Assembly (NCBI GenBank): GCA_963829525.1
Contig: CAWHIJ010000003.1
Location: 1,728,001 to 1,792,000 of the forward strand
Reading direction: 5' to 3'
Origin: an uncultured Actinomycetota bacterium
Lineage (GTDB): Bacteria > Actinomycetota > Actinomycetes > JAHEKZ01
Length of the DNA stretch: 64,000 nt
The translations under genes and the position numbers were made by a program. Positions 20,698 through 29,983 of this stretch are shown in pieces. The number at the start of each line of letters is the position of its first letter. Positions within the stretch are counted from its first letter, which is position 1. A model generated the notes under the pieces. That model ran no database searches and was not told where the DNA came from. It worked only from the letters and a program-made list of their open reading frames with translations.

Positions 20698-22061
20698 CTG
20701 ACACGAACACCGCCCTCACGGACGACGAGCGCCGCCGGCAGCAGCGTGCCTGGTACTTCTACGACTGGGCGAACTCTGCGTTTTCGACCACGGTTGTCAC
20801 GGTCTTCCTCGGTCCTTACCTGACAACCCTCGCCGAGGATGCTGCCGGCCCGGACGGCCGTGTGGGCTTCCTCTTCTGGGATGTTCGGCCCGGCACCTAC
20901 TTCTCGCTGCTCGTCTCGATCTCGGTGATTCTCCAGGTTCTCGTACTTCCCGTGACGGGTGCGATTGCTGACCGGTTAGGGCACCAGCGTCAGCTACTTG
21001 CGACCTTCGCGGCGATTGGCTCCGTCGCGACGATGACCATGGTCGTGCTCACCGATGGGCGGTTTGTTCTCGGTGGCTTCTTGCTTGTACTGGCCAACCT
21101 TGCGTTCGGTATGAGTGTTGTTGTCTACAACGCCTTTCTCCCCCAGATCTCAACGGCTGACGAACGGGACCGTGTCTCTTCGCAGGGTTGGGCGTTGGGC
21201 TATCTCGGCGGAGCGGTGCTGCTGGTCCTGAACCTTGCCCTGTACTTGGGGCATGACGCCTTTGGGCTCTCTGAGCGAGAAGCTGTGCGGATCAGTCTGC
21301 TCTCTGCTGGGATCTGGTGGGCGGCATTTTCGATCATCCCGGTGATGGGGTTGCGAAACCTGCATCGCCCGCCGGTCGGTGAGACCGAGCCCGGTACATC
21401 GGTCAGGGGCGGTCTCCTCACCAGTGGCTTCCGCCAGCTTGGTGAAACGCTCCGCGATATCCGCCGATATCCGCAGACCGTTCTCTTCCTGTTTGCGTAT
21501 CTGCTCTACAACGACGGTATCCAGACCGTGATTGCACTTGCGGCTGTCTATATCGAGAAGGAACTGCTCCTCGACACGTCCGTCTCCATCTCGGTCATCC
21601 TGTTGGTGCAGATCGTTGCCTTCGCCGGGGCGCTAGCCCTGGGGCGGCTCGCTGCCCAATGGGGTGCCAAGAGGGTGATTCTGGGCGCACTGGTCGTGTG
21701 GGGCGCCATCTTGGTCGTGGCGTACTTCCTGCCCGAAAAGGAGGCGATCTGGGTCTATGGAATCGCAGCCGCGATTGGATTCGTGCTGGGCGGTTCCCAA
21801 GCACTTTCCCGATCGCTCTACTCACAGCTGATTCCCCGAAGCCGTGAGGCAGAGTATTTCGCCTTCTACGAGATCTCTGAACGCGGGACGAGCTGGCTCG
21901 GGACGCTGACCTTTGCCCTCACCTATGAGGTGTCCGGCTCCTACCGGGTCGCCATCGTTGTCCTGGTGACCTTCTTCGTTCTCGGTGGCCTGCTCCTGCA
22001 CCGGGTGCGCGTCGGCGAAGCAATCGACGCCGTGGGGAACCAGCGGCCGGCCGTCATCTGA
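20694..22061 (+). CDS. MFS transporter, UMF1/Atg22 family
   Basis: WYFYDWANSAF, YNAFLP, YNDG and GGSQALSRSLY motifs; many TM helices. Confidence 0.92.
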   Translation: MTDTNTALTDDERRRQQRAWYFYDWANSAFSTTVVTVFLGPYLTTLAEDAAGPDGRVGFLFWDVRPGTYFSLLVSISVILQVLVLPVTGAIADRLGHQRQLLATFAAIGSVATMTMVVLTDGRFVLGGFLLVLANLAFGMSVVVYNAFLPQISTADERDRVSSQGWALGYLGGAVLLVLNLALYLGHDAFGLSEREAVRISLLSAGIWWAAFSIIPVMGLRNLHRPPVGETEPGTSVRGGLLTSGFRQLGETLRDIRRYPQTVLFLFAYLLYNDGIQTVIALAAVYIEKELLLDTSVSISVILLVQIVAFAGALALGRLAAQWGAKRVILGALVVWGAILVVAYFLPEKEAIWVYGIAAAIGFVLGGSQALSRSLYSQLIPRSREAEYFAFYEISERGTSWLGTLTFALTYEVSGSYRVAIVVLVTFFVLGGLLLHRVRVGEAIDAVGNQRPAVI

Positions 22062-22304
22062 ACCTCGGGCCGGCGTTGGCCAGTCCGGGGATGGCGAATC
22101 ACTTGAGGTTTACGTCTCGAAATCGTGGGTAGAACCGCACGATTAGCGTTTCGTCGACGGTGATCGAGAGCGACCAGGACCAGCCCACCGGAACCAGAGG
22201 AGCTGTCCCCCGCTCGGCGGCTTGCGAAAGGTGGCATGTCGGCGTCACCCTGGAGGTCCAGTAATGCGACAAAACAGACAGATCGGGCGGGAACCAATCG
22301 CACC

Positions 22305-22332
22305 GGGAATCCGTCGGACCAGAAAGACGTTG
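22305..22332 (+). promoter_or_regulatory. SigR/SigH-type ECF promoter of rbpA
   Basis: GGGAAT-N18-GTTG; rbpA is a known SigR target in Streptomyces. Confidence 0.8.
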
Positions 22333-22360
22333 CGGTAGGCATAGACATTGGAGGCTGACC

Positions 22361-22714
22361 ATGGCTGAGCGCTCGCTTCGGGGAACCCGTCTGGGTGCGA
22401 CGAGCTACGAGAACGATGAGGGTGTTGAGCCCGCGGCTCGCCTCGACGTCACGTATGACTGCCCTGAAGGTCACTCCTTCACGATGCCGTTCTCGGTGGA
22501 AGCCGATGTACCGGCTCGCTGGGAGTGCCGCGTGTGCGGTGCTGTTGCCATCGGTCGGGATGTGCCTCTCTCGGAAGAGAAAGCGATCAAGCCTTCCCGC
22601 ACCCACTGGGACATGCTGCTGGAGCGACGCTCTATCCCTGAACTCGAAGAGCTGCTCGAAGAGCGCCTAGAGCTGTTGCGGGCCTCCGGTGCTGCCGTCC
22701 GTCGCTCAGCCTAG
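22361..22714 (+). CDS. rbpA: RNA polymerase-binding protein RbpA
   Basis: MAERSLRGTRLGATSYE...RTHWDMLLERRSIPELEELL. Confidence 0.97.
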   Translation: MAERSLRGTRLGATSYENDEGVEPAARLDVTYDCPEGHSFTMPFSVEADVPARWECRVCGAVAIGRDVPLSEEKAIKPSRTHWDMLLERRSIPELEELLEERLELLRASGAAVRRSA

Positions 22715-23190
22715 GAGCGGTCGTCGAGATCTTCGCCCGGATTCTGCACGATCTCCCCGCGCACGACGCGTCCCCCGGTCGAGTCGTCCTGGACGACCTC
22801 ACCCGGCACGATGTCAGTACGGGTGAGCCGCCCACTGTCATCATCCCAGCGCAAGATGCTCAGGTTCCAAGACGCAAGACGGCGGGCGACTCGTTGTCCG
22901 ATCCAGACCCGCAGCAGGGCGCGGACTGGTGGCAGCAACAGAAGCAGCCCTACTACGTCCGACACGTAACCCGGCAGCAGCAACAGGACGCCGGCCGTCA
23001 TCAGGATCGCGCTGTCGGTGTTGCGCGGCCGCCGGCGCCACGCTGATCGCATCACGACGATGCCGAGAATGACTCCTGCGAGCAACAGCAGCGTCGCTGG
23101 GCCGAACCCAACCGCCTCGACCACCAGGGAGCCGACGTACAGCTCAAGGACAGGAATTGCGACGAAGAACAGCAGGAAGACGATAAGCAT
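22711..23190 (-). CDS. fxsA: FxsA family membrane protein
   Basis: IPVLELY, AGVLLLLPGYVSDVVGLLLLLPP and a VRGEIV tail; ATG overlaps the ppm1 stop codon. Confidence 0.85.
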   Translation of the reverse strand: MLIVFLLFFVAIPVLELYVGSLVVEAVGFGPATLLLLAGVILGIVVMRSAWRRRPRNTDSAILMTAGVLLLLPGYVSDVVGLLLLLPPVRALLRVWIGQRVARRLASWNLSILRWDDDSGRLTRTDIVPGEVVQDDSTGGRVVRGEIVQNPGEDLDDRS

Positions 23191-23930
23191 TAACCGCGAC
23201 CTCGTTGACTCACGTGGCCGGCGCGGCTCAGCACACCCCACTGCGTGACGCGCCAGAGTGCTTCGGCAACGATCGCCCCGCTCATCTTGCTGTCCCCCTG
23301 CTCGCGTTCGACGAATGTGATCGGTACCTCGACGATCCGCAGCCCAGCTGCTGCGGCACGTCGGGTCAGGTCGACCTGGAAGCAGTAGCCCTGCGAGGAG
23401 ACCGTGGACAGGTCCATCCGCTCGAGGGAACTGCGGCGATACGCGCGGTACCCGGCAGTGGCGTCGCGGACCCCGAGCCCGAGCATGATCTGGGTGTAGC
23501 GGTTTCCGCCTTGGGAAAGCCATTGCCGGTGGCGTGGCCAGTTCGCCACGCCTCCTCCGGGAACCCAGCGAGATCCGATGACCGCGTCGGCGTCCTGGAG
23601 GGCAACCAGCATCGCCGGCAGGTACTCGGGACGATGGGAGCCATCGGCATCCATCTCCACGAGCACGTCAAAGCCACGGCTCATTCCCCACCGAAAACCC
23701 GCCAGATATGCCGCACCGAGCCCATTCTTGGCGGTGCGGTGCAGAACTTGGATGTGGTCGTCACCTGACGCAAGCGAGTCGGCGAGATCGCCGGTGCCAT
23801 CGGGACTGTTGTCGTCGACGATGAGGATGTGCGCGTCGGGCGTGGCCGTTCGAACCCGCTGCACGATGGGCGGCAGTGAGTCCCGTTCGTTGTAGGTCGG
23901 GATGATGACCAGGACGTCGTCGTCGCTCAT
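23190..23930 (-). CDS. ppm1: Polyprenol monophosphomannose synthase (GT2)
   Basis: IIPTYNE, VDDNSPDGTG, EMDADGSH and GYCFQVD motifs. Confidence 0.95.
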   Translation of the reverse strand: MSDDDVLVIIPTYNERDSLPPIVQRVRTATPDAHILIVDDNSPDGTGDLADSLASGDDHIQVLHRTAKNGLGAAYLAGFRWGMSRGFDVLVEMDADGSHRPEYLPAMLVALQDADAVIGSRWVPGGGVANWPRHRQWLSQGGNRYTQIMLGLGVRDATAGYRAYRRSSLERMDLSTVSSQGYCFQVDLTRRAAAAGLRIVEVPITFVEREQGDSKMSGAIVAEALWRVTQWGVLSRAGHVSQRGRG

Positions 23931-25498
23931 GTTGCGATTCTGCCTCGTCGGCGCACGGCGGCCAGCACGACCGCACCGAGTCCCAAAAGGGAGAGGATCA
24001 ACTCGGGCCAAGCCCCCAAACGGGTAGCGAGCGTCTCGTCGGTACGAGCCACCACAGGCTCGACAACGACCTGCTGCACGAACTCGGGGGTCTTGGCCCG
24101 GACTGAGCCGTCGGGGGCGACGACGCCGCTGATGCCGCTGGTGGAGGCAACCAGGACGCTGCGGCCATGCTCCACCGCTCGGAGTCGGCTCATGGCCCAC
24201 TGCTGCTCAACCTGACCAGTGCGTCCATACGTGGCGTTGTTGGTCTGCACCGTGATCAACTCGCCCCCGCCGGCCACGGCATCACGGACGGCCGCGTCAT
24301 ACGAGACGTCGAAGCAAATGACATCGGCAACAGTCACCGGACCAAGGTCGAGCACCCCTGGTGCGTCACCAGCGACGAAGTCGCGCGGAATTCGGTCGAG
24401 TCGCGAGATGAACTTCTGGGCGATGGATCGGTACGGGACGTACTCGCCGAACGGCACCAAGTTCTGCTTGACGTACGACGCACCCGGTCCGGTGACTGGG
24501 TCCCAGACCGTGCCCTGGTTAGCCACCCGCTCCCCGCCGTCGACCTCTATGACCATTCCGACAAGCACCGGGACGCCCACATCCTTGACCGCAGCATCGA
24601 TAGCGGCAAACGCCTCGGCGTCCAGGGCCGGGTCGATGTCTGAGGCGTTCTCCGGCCAAATGACCACGTCAGGCGCAGCGACCCTGCCAGCTCTGACGTC
24701 ATTGGCAAGTTGGTGGGTAGCCTGCAGGTGAGCCGACAGCACCGCCTCGCGCTGTCCAAAGGCATCCATCCCGGTTCGCGGAACATTTCCCTGCACGATC
24801 GCGACGGTGACTTGACGCCCATTGGTTGTAAGCGGGATCGCGAGGCCGCTGAGCACGATGACAGCAGCGGCGCCAGCCGCGAGAGAAGCCCGAAGCACGC
24901 GTCTCCGAACGGCAGCCCTGACCGCCACAAGCACCAGAGCGCCCGTGAGCACGAGAAGGAAACCCAACAAGGGCACGCCACCCACCGAGACCCAGGCTGC
25001 GGTGGGGGCATCGGCCTGGGAATGGCCCAATCGGCCCCAGGGGAAGCCGCCGAACGGCACCCGGCCCCGAAGCGCCTCGACGCCGACCCACCAACACGCA
25101 ACCCAGAACGGCCATCCCGGTAGGCGCAGGAGCAGTGCGGCTCCGACTCCGAACAGCGCGGTGAAGGCCGCGGACATGCCCACCACCAGTAACCAGGCAT
25201 CGGGGCCGATGACCCGCAGCCACGGCGTCAGCAGGCCGAAGAAGACCAGTCCGAAGACGGACCCGAGGAGGGCGCCGCGGGGCACCGGGCGGCGGGCCCG
25301 CGTGCCGATTTCCACGGCGCCGAGCACGCCTGCCACGGCAAGGGGGGCTAACCACCACAGGTCGTAGGGGGGGAAGGCAAGCACCAAGACCCCGCCGGCC
25401 GCTGCCGATGCCAGAACGGCCGTCCAGAGGGGAACGGGTCGGACTGGATCCGGCTCAATGTCTTGAGCCGTGGGCAGTCCCTCGGCGACAGCACTCAC
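23927..25498 (-). CDS. lnt: Apolipoprotein N-acyltransferase
   Basis: PFGGFPW, VQGNV, WPEN, KQNLVPFGEY and ICFDV (E-K-C triad). Confidence 0.96.
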   Translation of the reverse strand: MSAVAEGLPTAQDIEPDPVRPVPLWTAVLASAAAGGVLVLAFPPYDLWWLAPLAVAGVLGAVEIGTRARRPVPRGALLGSVFGLVFFGLLTPWLRVIGPDAWLLVVGMSAAFTALFGVGAALLLRLPGWPFWVACWWVGVEALRGRVPFGGFPWGRLGHSQADAPTAAWVSVGGVPLLGFLLVLTGALVLVAVRAAVRRRVLRASLAAGAAAVIVLSGLAIPLTTNGRQVTVAIVQGNVPRTGMDAFGQREAVLSAHLQATHQLANDVRAGRVAAPDVVIWPENASDIDPALDAEAFAAIDAAVKDVGVPVLVGMVIEVDGGERVANQGTVWDPVTGPGASYVKQNLVPFGEYVPYRSIAQKFISRLDRIPRDFVAGDAPGVLDLGPVTVADVICFDVSYDAAVRDAVAGGGELITVQTNNATYGRTGQVEQQWAMSRLRAVEHGRSVLVASTSGISGVVAPDGSVRAKTPEFVQQVVVEPVVARTDETLATRLGAWPELILSLLGLGAVVLAAVRRRGRIAT

Positions 25499-25528
25499 CC
25501 GATGACGGTAACCCGTGAGAAGCCTCGA

Positions 25529-25954
25529 TCACGAGTCGGACGTGTCGGGGGCTGCCGTGGCTGGCGGGACGACGATGGTGCCGATGGCAGAGACAGCCAG
25601 TTCTGGCTGGGCGAGCACCTCGGCTGCAGCCTCGCCGAGGTCTGGGCGACCTCGACTGACGACGTGGGCAGTGAACGTGAGCTCGCGGCTGCGCCGCCCC
25701 ACCCTGCTGACCGCCGCGGTCACCTCCAGGACGTCGCCTGCGCGCACGGGGGCGGTGAACTGGATGTCGGAGTAAGAGGCGAAGAGCCCCTCGTCGCCAT
25801 CGGTAACGATCATTAGGTCCGTGGCGACATCGCCAAAGAGCCCTAGTGTGTAGGCGCCGTCGACGAGGTTGCCTGCGTAGTGGGCGTGTGAGTACGGAAC
25901 ATACCGCCGATGGGTGACGCTCTTCCCCAACCTGATGTCGTCCGTGCTTGACAT
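25529..25954 (-). CDS. kal: 3-aminobutyryl-CoA ammonia lyase (hotdog fold)
   Basis: AHYAGNLVDGA, FGDVAT, DGDEGLF and FTAPVRAGD motifs; coupled to kamE. Confidence 0.88.
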   Translation of the reverse strand: MSSTDDIRLGKSVTHRRYVPYSHAHYAGNLVDGAYTLGLFGDVATDLMIVTDGDEGLFASYSDIQFTAPVRAGDVLEVTAAVSRVGRRSRELTFTAHVVSRGRPDLGEAAAEVLAQPELAVSAIGTIVVPPATAAPDTSDS

Positions 25955-26778
25955 CAGCGTGCTCCCGCCTTGTTGGTCGACTTCTTCTTGGCCCTGGTCT
26001 TCTTCTTGGCCTTTGCCCGACGAGTTCCTGCCGGTGTCGCACAGAGTCGGTGCGCCAGGTAGCTGGCGACCTCGCCGGGTGTCGTGCCCTTCACAAAAAT
26101 GCGGTCGACGCCCAGCTCGGAGGCCGCACCTTCATCGAAGCGCGGGCCCCCAACGATCAGGACCGGGGTGGTGCCCGTCGGATACGCCTCGCGAAACGCA
26201 GCCGACATTTGTGTGACGTTGTGCAGGTGCGCCTCTCGCTGCGTGACGACCTGGCTGACGAGGACGGCATCGGCCTTGAGGTTCTGTGCATGCTCCACCA
26301 GGTCTGGGACCGATACCTGCGCACCTAGGTTGTGGACCTCGAGACCGCTGTAGGCCTCCAGGCCCTTCTCCCCCGCCCAGCCCTTGATGTTCAAGATGGC
26401 GTCGATGCCGACGGTATGTGCATCGGTACCGATGCAGGCACCCATCACGACGAGCGGGCGCCGCAACGCGCGCTTGACCGCAGCGCTCACCTCTTTGGGA
26501 GTGAGCAGTGGAAACTCGCGTTCGATGACGACGACTTTGTTGAGATCGACCAAGTGACTGCATCGTCCGTAGACGACGAAGAAGGTGAAGTGCGGTCCCA
26601 TCTGCTTGGCATGCACCACCATCGCCGGTTCCAGCCCCATCTTGGCCGCCAGCTGGAGTGCTGCTCCCTCAGCCCGCTTGTCGTGGGCGATAGGCAGTGT
26701 GAACGAGACCTGAACCTGGCCGTCACCGGTGGCATCACCGTACGGTCGGATGATGTGCGACTCCTCTCGCTTGCTCAT
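25954..26778 (-). CDS. kamE: Lysine 5,6-aminomutase beta subunit (B12-binding)
   Basis: RPYGD...DGQVQVSFTLP dimerisation domain; DAHTVGIDAILNIKG (DxHxxG plus PLP lysine). Confidence 0.95.
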   Translation of the reverse strand: MSKREESHIIRPYGDATGDGQVQVSFTLPIAHDKRAEGAALQLAAKMGLEPAMVVHAKQMGPHFTFFVVYGRCSHLVDLNKVVVIEREFPLLTPKEVSAAVKRALRRPLVVMGACIGTDAHTVGIDAILNIKGWAGEKGLEAYSGLEVHNLGAQVSVPDLVEHAQNLKADAVLVSQVVTQREAHLHNVTQMSAAFREAYPTGTTPVLIVGGPRFDEGAASELGVDRIFVKGTTPGEVASYLAHRLCATPAGTRRAKAKKKTRAKKKSTNKAGAR

Positions 26779-28367
26779 CAAGCTTGCCCCTTCGCGTCGG
26801 CGAAGTACTCATCGAGTAGCTCGCTGGCCGGGTTGTAGTACGCACTGGAGTGCCTGGCGACGCCATCGAGTCCGCGACCAGCGTCAGCTGGCCGCTTCAT
26901 CAGCCCAAACGTTCCGTCGGCGATCGCGTTCAGCAGCTGGTCGTCCACGATGCGTTCGAGCAGCTCGATGGCCTCACCGAGCACCTGGTGGGAGCGCTGC
27001 ACGATGAAGCCGTCATGGGCTGGAACGAAGTCCTCGGCGAGCCCACGGGTCGACTCCATCACATAGCGAACGTTCTGCAAGGCAAGGTCACGATCCGACA
27101 GCCACGGAGTGTGGACGGCCTCGGTCAACATGCCGACCAGCAGGATGTCCTGGGCCGTCATAGAGCCAACCAGGTTGAAGAACCCGTTAAGCAGGTAGCC
27201 ACCGAACACGTCGCCGGTCATGTGCTTGGTGGGTGGCATCCACTTCAAAGGTGCGTTCGGAAAGAGCTCTCGGGCCAGCAACGCGTGCGCCAGTTCGAGT
27301 CGAAAGGACTCCGGGACCGTGGGATTGATCTCGAAGGCGTGACCAAGGCCGAGCTGTGCATCGGCCAGCCCAGCCTCTTTTCCGAAGAACTCGTTGAGCA
27401 GCTGACTGACTGTGACGGTGTGCGCCGCCTCGACTCCATCTGCCGTTGTGAGGTAGTTGTCTTCGCCGGTGTTGATGATGATCCCGGCCCGTGCATGGAC
27501 CTGCCGACTGAAGCGCTGGTCGACGAAGGTGCGAATCGGGTTGATGTCGCGAAAAAGGATCCCGTACATCGAGTCATTGAGCATCATGTCAAGTCGTTCA
27601 AGGCCAGCCAGCGTCGCGATCTCAGGCATACAGAGGCCCGACGCGTAGTTGGTCAGTCGCACGTAGCGTCCGAGTTCGGCTGAGACATCGTCCAGGGCTG
27701 CACGCATCAGACGGAAGTTCTCTTGGGTCGCGTACGTGCCTGCGTAGCCTTCTCGGGTCGGCCCTTCCGGAACGAAGTCGAGCAGCGACTGTCCCGTTGA
27801 TCGAATCACAGCGACGATGTCAGCGCCTTCACGCGCGGCTGCCTGAGCCTGCGGCATGTCCTCGTAGATGTCACCGGTGGCAACGATCAGGTAGATCCAA
27901 GGTTTTGGCGGATCGCCATACTTCTTGGTGAATCGGTCGCGCGTCTTTCGATTGTTATCGATCTTGCGTAGGCCAGCCGCCGCCGCTTTACGCGATGCGG
28001 TTCGGGCGCGGCTGGCCTCTCGACCTTCCGGCGCATGGAAGATGACTCCTCCCGCGGCGGCCTTCTGCGCAAGCTCGGTGAGGTCGGCGTACTCGCCGGA
28101 CGCCAGTGCATGCCAGACCGGGAGGGAGACGCCGTGCTCGAGACCCACGTCTTGTCTGACCGCGTCGACAACGTGGTTTACCCAGGGCTCGCCCTCGGCG
28201 TCAGCGCCGGAAAGACCAGCCAGACGCAGTACCGCCCGCTCGACAGAAACCGTGGTGTGTGTCTTGGCAAGAGTCACGATCGGCCTGCCGGCCTTTCGCG
28301 CGAGGCTGCGTGCCTTGCGGACCACCGTCGGATCGAGTTCGAGCTTTCCCTTGCCCCGTCGCGTCAC
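26778..28367 (-). CDS. kamD: Lysine 5,6-aminomutase alpha subunit
   Basis: HTTVSVER, VIRSTGQSLLD, NYASGLCMPEIA, NTGEDNY and KWMPPTK motifs; GTG start overlaps the amidohydrolase stop codon. Confidence 0.96.
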   Translation of the reverse strand: MTRRGKGKLELDPTVVRKARSLARKAGRPIVTLAKTHTTVSVERAVLRLAGLSGADAEGEPWVNHVVDAVRQDVGLEHGVSLPVWHALASGEYADLTELAQKAAAGGVIFHAPEGREASRARTASRKAAAAGLRKIDNNRKTRDRFTKKYGDPPKPWIYLIVATGDIYEDMPQAQAAAREGADIVAVIRSTGQSLLDFVPEGPTREGYAGTYATQENFRLMRAALDDVSAELGRYVRLTNYASGLCMPEIATLAGLERLDMMLNDSMYGILFRDINPIRTFVDQRFSRQVHARAGIIINTGEDNYLTTADGVEAAHTVTVSQLLNEFFGKEAGLADAQLGLGHAFEINPTVPESFRLELAHALLARELFPNAPLKWMPPTKHMTGDVFGGYLLNGFFNLVGSMTAQDILLVGMLTEAVHTPWLSDRDLALQNVRYVMESTRGLAEDFVPAHDGFIVQRSHQVLGEAIELLERIVDDQLLNAIADGTFGLMKRPADAGRGLDGVARHSSAYYNPASELLDEYFADAKGQA

Positions 28368-29983
28368 GGACCACTCCCAGGTTTGATCGACTGAACAACG
28401 TCCCTGGCGTAGACCGTACGACCAGCGACGACCGTCTGCAGGCAGACGGGGTCGGTTGTGCCAGGTTCGAGTGACGGCAGACCTGGAACCCCTGCCCGCG
28501 GATCGGTCGACCAAGCGGAAACCCGATCGTCAGGCGTCTCGACGACGAGGTCGTCGCACTGCCAGACAGCCAGGTTCGCCGGCTCGCCCGGCGCAACCAC
28601 GCCACCACCGCGACCGGCTGCCCGCCAGCCACCCCTGGTGTGTGCAGTGAATGCGGCTCTGGCCGTCAGTCGTTCAGCCGGCTGGTGATGGTGAACCGCG
28701 GCTCGAATTGCCTGCCACGGGGCGAGCGGTGTCACCGGGGCGTCGGAGCCGAAGGCCATCGGGATGCCGGCGTCCTGCAGGGAGGCGAAAGGATTGAGTG
28801 TCGCGGCTCGACCGGAACCAAGCCGCTCGGAGTACATGCCGGAATCTCCACCCCACAAGAAGTCGAAGACTGGCTGCACGCTGGCGATCACGCCGAGCCG
28901 GGCAAGAAGCATCCGGGCCTGCTCGTCGACCATCTCGACATGCTCCAGACGGTGTTGGGCGGCCCGGATGACGTCGACGCCGACAGCGTCGGCGGCTTCG
29001 GCGAAGCCGCTGACGACCAGATCCATCGCACCGTCCCCGATCACGTGGTAACCCGCTTGAACACCGGCTGTCGAACAGGCAATGACGTGATCGCGGATCG
29101 TGGCCACCGAGGTGTAGGCGGCCCCAAAGGTGTCAGAGTCGGCGTACCGCTCACGCAGCAACGCGGTGCGGGAGCCGATGGCCCCGTCGACAAAATGATC
29201 TCCGGCAGCGCCGCGGGCGCCAAGCGACAGAGCGACGTCTGGCCCTCCACCCTCGCCCCAGTAGCCGACAACCTCGACACCCGATTCAGGGCCAACGGTT
29301 CCGAGCAAGTCGGTGAAGTCGTCGGCGCTGGAGATCTCCGGACCGCCGAGCTCGTGCACCATGCCGATCCCCAGCGACGCTGCGTGCTGCAGGCAAGCAC
29401 GCTGTGCAGCACGACGCTGGGAAGGGGTGACCGAGTCGAGTGCAATTCGACGGACCACATGGTGTGCCTCCTGCGACAGCCAGCCGTCAGCTGAGAACCC
29501 GGCAGCAGAGGACACTTCGGGCGCCAGGGCCAGCAGCGCCGATGAGGCAACGCACGAGTGCACGTCAACGCGCGACAGGTAGACCACTCCGCCGTATGAG
29601 GCCCTGTCAACCTCATCTCGTCTCGGCGGTCGTGCTTCTGGCCACCGGGTCTCGTCCCAGCCGTGGCCGAGGACCACCGCGCCACGCACGCTTCTCGCGT
29701 GTATCTCCAGACGGTGCAGCGCATCTTCGAGAGTCTTGGTGCCCGAGAGGTCGAGCCCGGACAGGTTCAAGCCCGTAGAAGTCGTGTGGACGTGGGCGTC
29801 GACGAATGCCGGGGCGAGGAGTGCCCCATCGAGCTCGACGACCGCATCAACGCTGTCGGCGTGGACGCGGGCAGCCTCTTCTGACCCAACCCAGACAATG
29901 AGGTCGTCCTGGGTCACCAGGGCGCTCGCGAAGGGGTCGACTGAGCTGTACACCGGTCCCCCGCGGTACAGCGTGGTGGTCAC
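28364..29983 (-). CDS. Metal-dependent amidohydrolase (YtcJ/Amidohydro_3, Rv2052c-like)
   Basis: PAFVDAHVH, GHGWDE, RVDVHS, YHVIGD, HRLEHVE and FGSDAP motifs; GTG start overlaps the kdd stop codon. Confidence 0.92.
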   Translation of the reverse strand: MTTTLYRGGPVYSSVDPFASALVTQDDLIVWVGSEEAARVHADSVDAVVELDGALLAPAFVDAHVHTTSTGLNLSGLDLSGTKTLEDALHRLEIHARSVRGAVVLGHGWDETRWPEARPPRRDEVDRASYGGVVYLSRVDVHSCVASSALLALAPEVSSAAGFSADGWLSQEAHHVVRRIALDSVTPSQRRAAQRACLQHAASLGIGMVHELGGPEISSADDFTDLLGTVGPESGVEVVGYWGEGGGPDVALSLGARGAAGDHFVDGAIGSRTALLRERYADSDTFGAAYTSVATIRDHVIACSTAGVQAGYHVIGDGAMDLVVSGFAEAADAVGVDVIRAAQHRLEHVEMVDEQARMLLARLGVIASVQPVFDFLWGGDSGMYSERLGSGRAATLNPFASLQDAGIPMAFGSDAPVTPLAPWQAIRAAVHHHQPAERLTARAAFTAHTRGGWRAAGRGGGVVAPGEPANLAVWQCDDLVVETPDDRVSAWSTDPRAGVPGLPSLEPGTTDPVCLQTVVAGRTVYARDVVQSIKPGSGP

